From NCBI GenBank assembly GCA_044229145.1, contig JBGATO010000009.1, forward strand, positions 17,312 to 81,311: a DNA stretch of 64,000 nucleotides. Direction: 5' to 3'. Under the pieces are notes generated by a model. That model worked only from the letters and a program-made list of their open reading frames with translations. It had not been told where the DNA came from and searched no databases. This document shows positions 62,747-64,000 of the stretch, one piece after another. Within the stretch, counting starts at the first letter, position 1. Each line of letters opens with the position of its first letter. Made by a program: the position numbers and the translations under genes. The stretch is from Candidatus Eiseniibacteriota bacterium (GTDB lineage: Bacteria; Eisenbacteria; RBG-16-71-46; CAZEPH01).

Positions 62747-64000
62747 ATGCAGGCAGTCGTGTGGCGCTGCGCGCTCGCGTGCGTGTGCGCGGCCGGGCTG
62801 GCCGGTGCAGCGCGGGCAAACGATCCGGTGGGCCCCGTGTGGACGATGCGCGGCAGCACCGATGCGTCGCTGCTCGGCACCGGCGCCTGCGGGGCCGGCG
62901 ATGTCAACGGCGACGGCTACGATGACGTGATCGTCGGGTCGCCCGGCTTCTCCAATGGGCAGTACGACGAGGGCCGCGCCCAGCTGTTCCTCGGCTCGGC
63001 CGCGGGACTCGACACCGTCGCCGCCTGGACGGTGGAAGGCGGGACGGCGAGCGCGCAGTTCGGGTTCGACGTCGCCTCCGCGGGCGACGTGAATCACGAT
63101 GGCTACGCCGACGTCATCGTCGGCGCGCACTTCGACCCGACGGGCGGCTTCGAGGCGGGGAAGGCGTACGTGTACCTCGGAGGGCCACAAGGGCTGTCGA
63201 TGACGCCGGTGTGGACGAAGACCGGTACGCAAGTCGGCAGTCACTTCGGCGCCGCGGTGGCCGGAGCCGGCGACGTGAACGGGGACGACTTCGACGATGT
63301 CATCGTCTCGGCCGACCGCTACGACAACACCGCGGTGGACGAAGGCGCCGCCTACGTGTACCTCGGGTCCGCGACCGGTCTCGCCACTACGCCGGCCTGG
63401 GTCGAGTTCGGCGAGGTCGAGAACGCGGACTTCGGCGAGTCGGTCGCGGGAGCCGGCGACATCAACGGCGATGGCTACGCCGATATCCTGGTCGGCGCCT
63501 GGCGCTACAACTACCAGCAGAGCGTGACGCCGCAATACACGTTCGGCGGGCGCACATTCCTCTACTACGGTGGTCCGGGCGGCCCGTCGCTGACGCCCAA
63601 CTGGTCGGCGGATGGCGAGAAGCCGAACGCGAGCTTCGGACAGTCGGTGAGTGGCGTGGGCGACGTGACCGGCGATGGGTACGACGATTTCGTCGTCGGG
63701 GCGGAACGCTACACGCTCGACAACGCCTATCAGGGTGCGGTGTTCCTGTTCGCGGGTTCGCCGACGGCTCCCTCCCTCACGCCGACGTGGATCGGCACCA
63801 TCGATGCGCAGAATGTGCGCCTCGGGTTCTCGTGCGCCGGCCCAGGAGATCTCAACGGCGACGGGATCGACGACATCGTCAGCGGCGGCTTCCGCTACTC
63901 GTCGAACTTCCAGTACCAGGGCGTGGCGTGCGTTTTCTACGGTGCGCCGGGCGGCGCGTTGTCCGACAGGCCGGACTGGCAAATCGCGGGCGAGAGCGAC
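62747..64000 (+). CDS. Second secreted FG-GAP repeat protein (3' truncated; not in the ORF track)
   Basis: GAGGAGG RBS, MQAVVWRCALACVCAAGLAGAARA signal peptide, six GD(V/I/L)xGDG-type repeats before the window ends. Confidence 0.88.
   Translation, partial: MQAVVWRCALACVCAAGLAGAARANDPVGPVWTMRGSTDASLLGTGACGAGDVNGDGYDDVIVGSPGFSNGQYDEGRAQLFLGSAAGLDTVAAWTVEGGTASAQFGFDVASAGDVNHDGYADVIVGAHFDPTGGFEAGKAYVYLGGPQGLSMTPVWTKTGTQVGSHFGAAVAGAGDVNGDDFDDVIVSADRYDNTAVDEGAAYVYLGSATGLATTPAWVEFGEVENADFGESVAGAGDINGDGYADILVGAWRYNYQQSVTPQYTFGGRTFLYYGGPGGPSLTPNWSADGEKPNASFGQSVSGVGDVTGDGYDDFVVGAERYTLDNAYQGAVFLFAGSPTAPSLTPTWIGTIDAQNVRLGFSCAGPGDLNGDGIDDIVSGGFRYSSNFQYQGVACVFYGAPGGALSDRPDWQIAGESD

Noticed and set aside
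59124..62819. Very long antisense ORFs (also 28222-30672, 56653-59340, 30717-32129, 41331-43415)
   Set aside because: Stop-poor shadow frames, expected at this GC content opposite well-supported genes; no recognisable motifs.
59480..63870. Recurring GGCGACGTCAACGGCGACGGCTAC as a DNA repeat array or DGR template
   Set aside because: These are in-frame FG-GAP protein repeats with synonymous variation, and there is no reverse transcriptase in the window.

Overview
A very GC-rich, gene-dense chromosomal segment from a diderm bacterium (about 55 CDS). FlgD/T9SS-like C-terminal domains, FG-GAP proteins and TWGxIK-tailed secreted proteins suggest an Eisenbacteria/Krumholzibacteria/Latescibacteria-type lineage; this is inference only. 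Housekeeping blocks: dapL-folB-folK-dNK-panB-panC-(GlmU N-domain)-HIT-LytR_C; SurA/PpiD; uvrA; galE-rfaE1-rfaE2; ABC-F; an ArcE/COG2403-like ATPase coupled to sucC-sucD and followed by ndk; yceD-rpmF-plsX-fabH-fabD-fabG-acpP-fabF-rnc; ogt. Accessory or envelope genes: ECF sigma/anti-sigma/DUF4097, two sigma54 activators, GT4 and GT-C glycosyltransferases, a TPR-FadL-esterase operon and two FG-GAP proteins. I found no rRNA, tRNA, CRISPR array or mobile element. Most notable: (1) SucD is fused in frame to a ~236-aa Lys/Ala-rich tail whose last 80 aa form a histone-H1-like protein with its own RBS and ATG. (2) A second 47-aa H1-like gene, absent from the ORF track, sits in a sigma54-type operon with a -24/-12 promoter and three candidate enhancer sites just after a two-component pair. 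(3) Two unrelated secreted proteins share the C-terminal motif VTPxxPxTWGSIKxL[YF], a candidate sorting signal. (4) A kinase-AAA-TPR gene is broken by at least five frameshifts, and rfaE1 has an in-frame deletion. All functional calls come from motif recognition by eye, without database searches.
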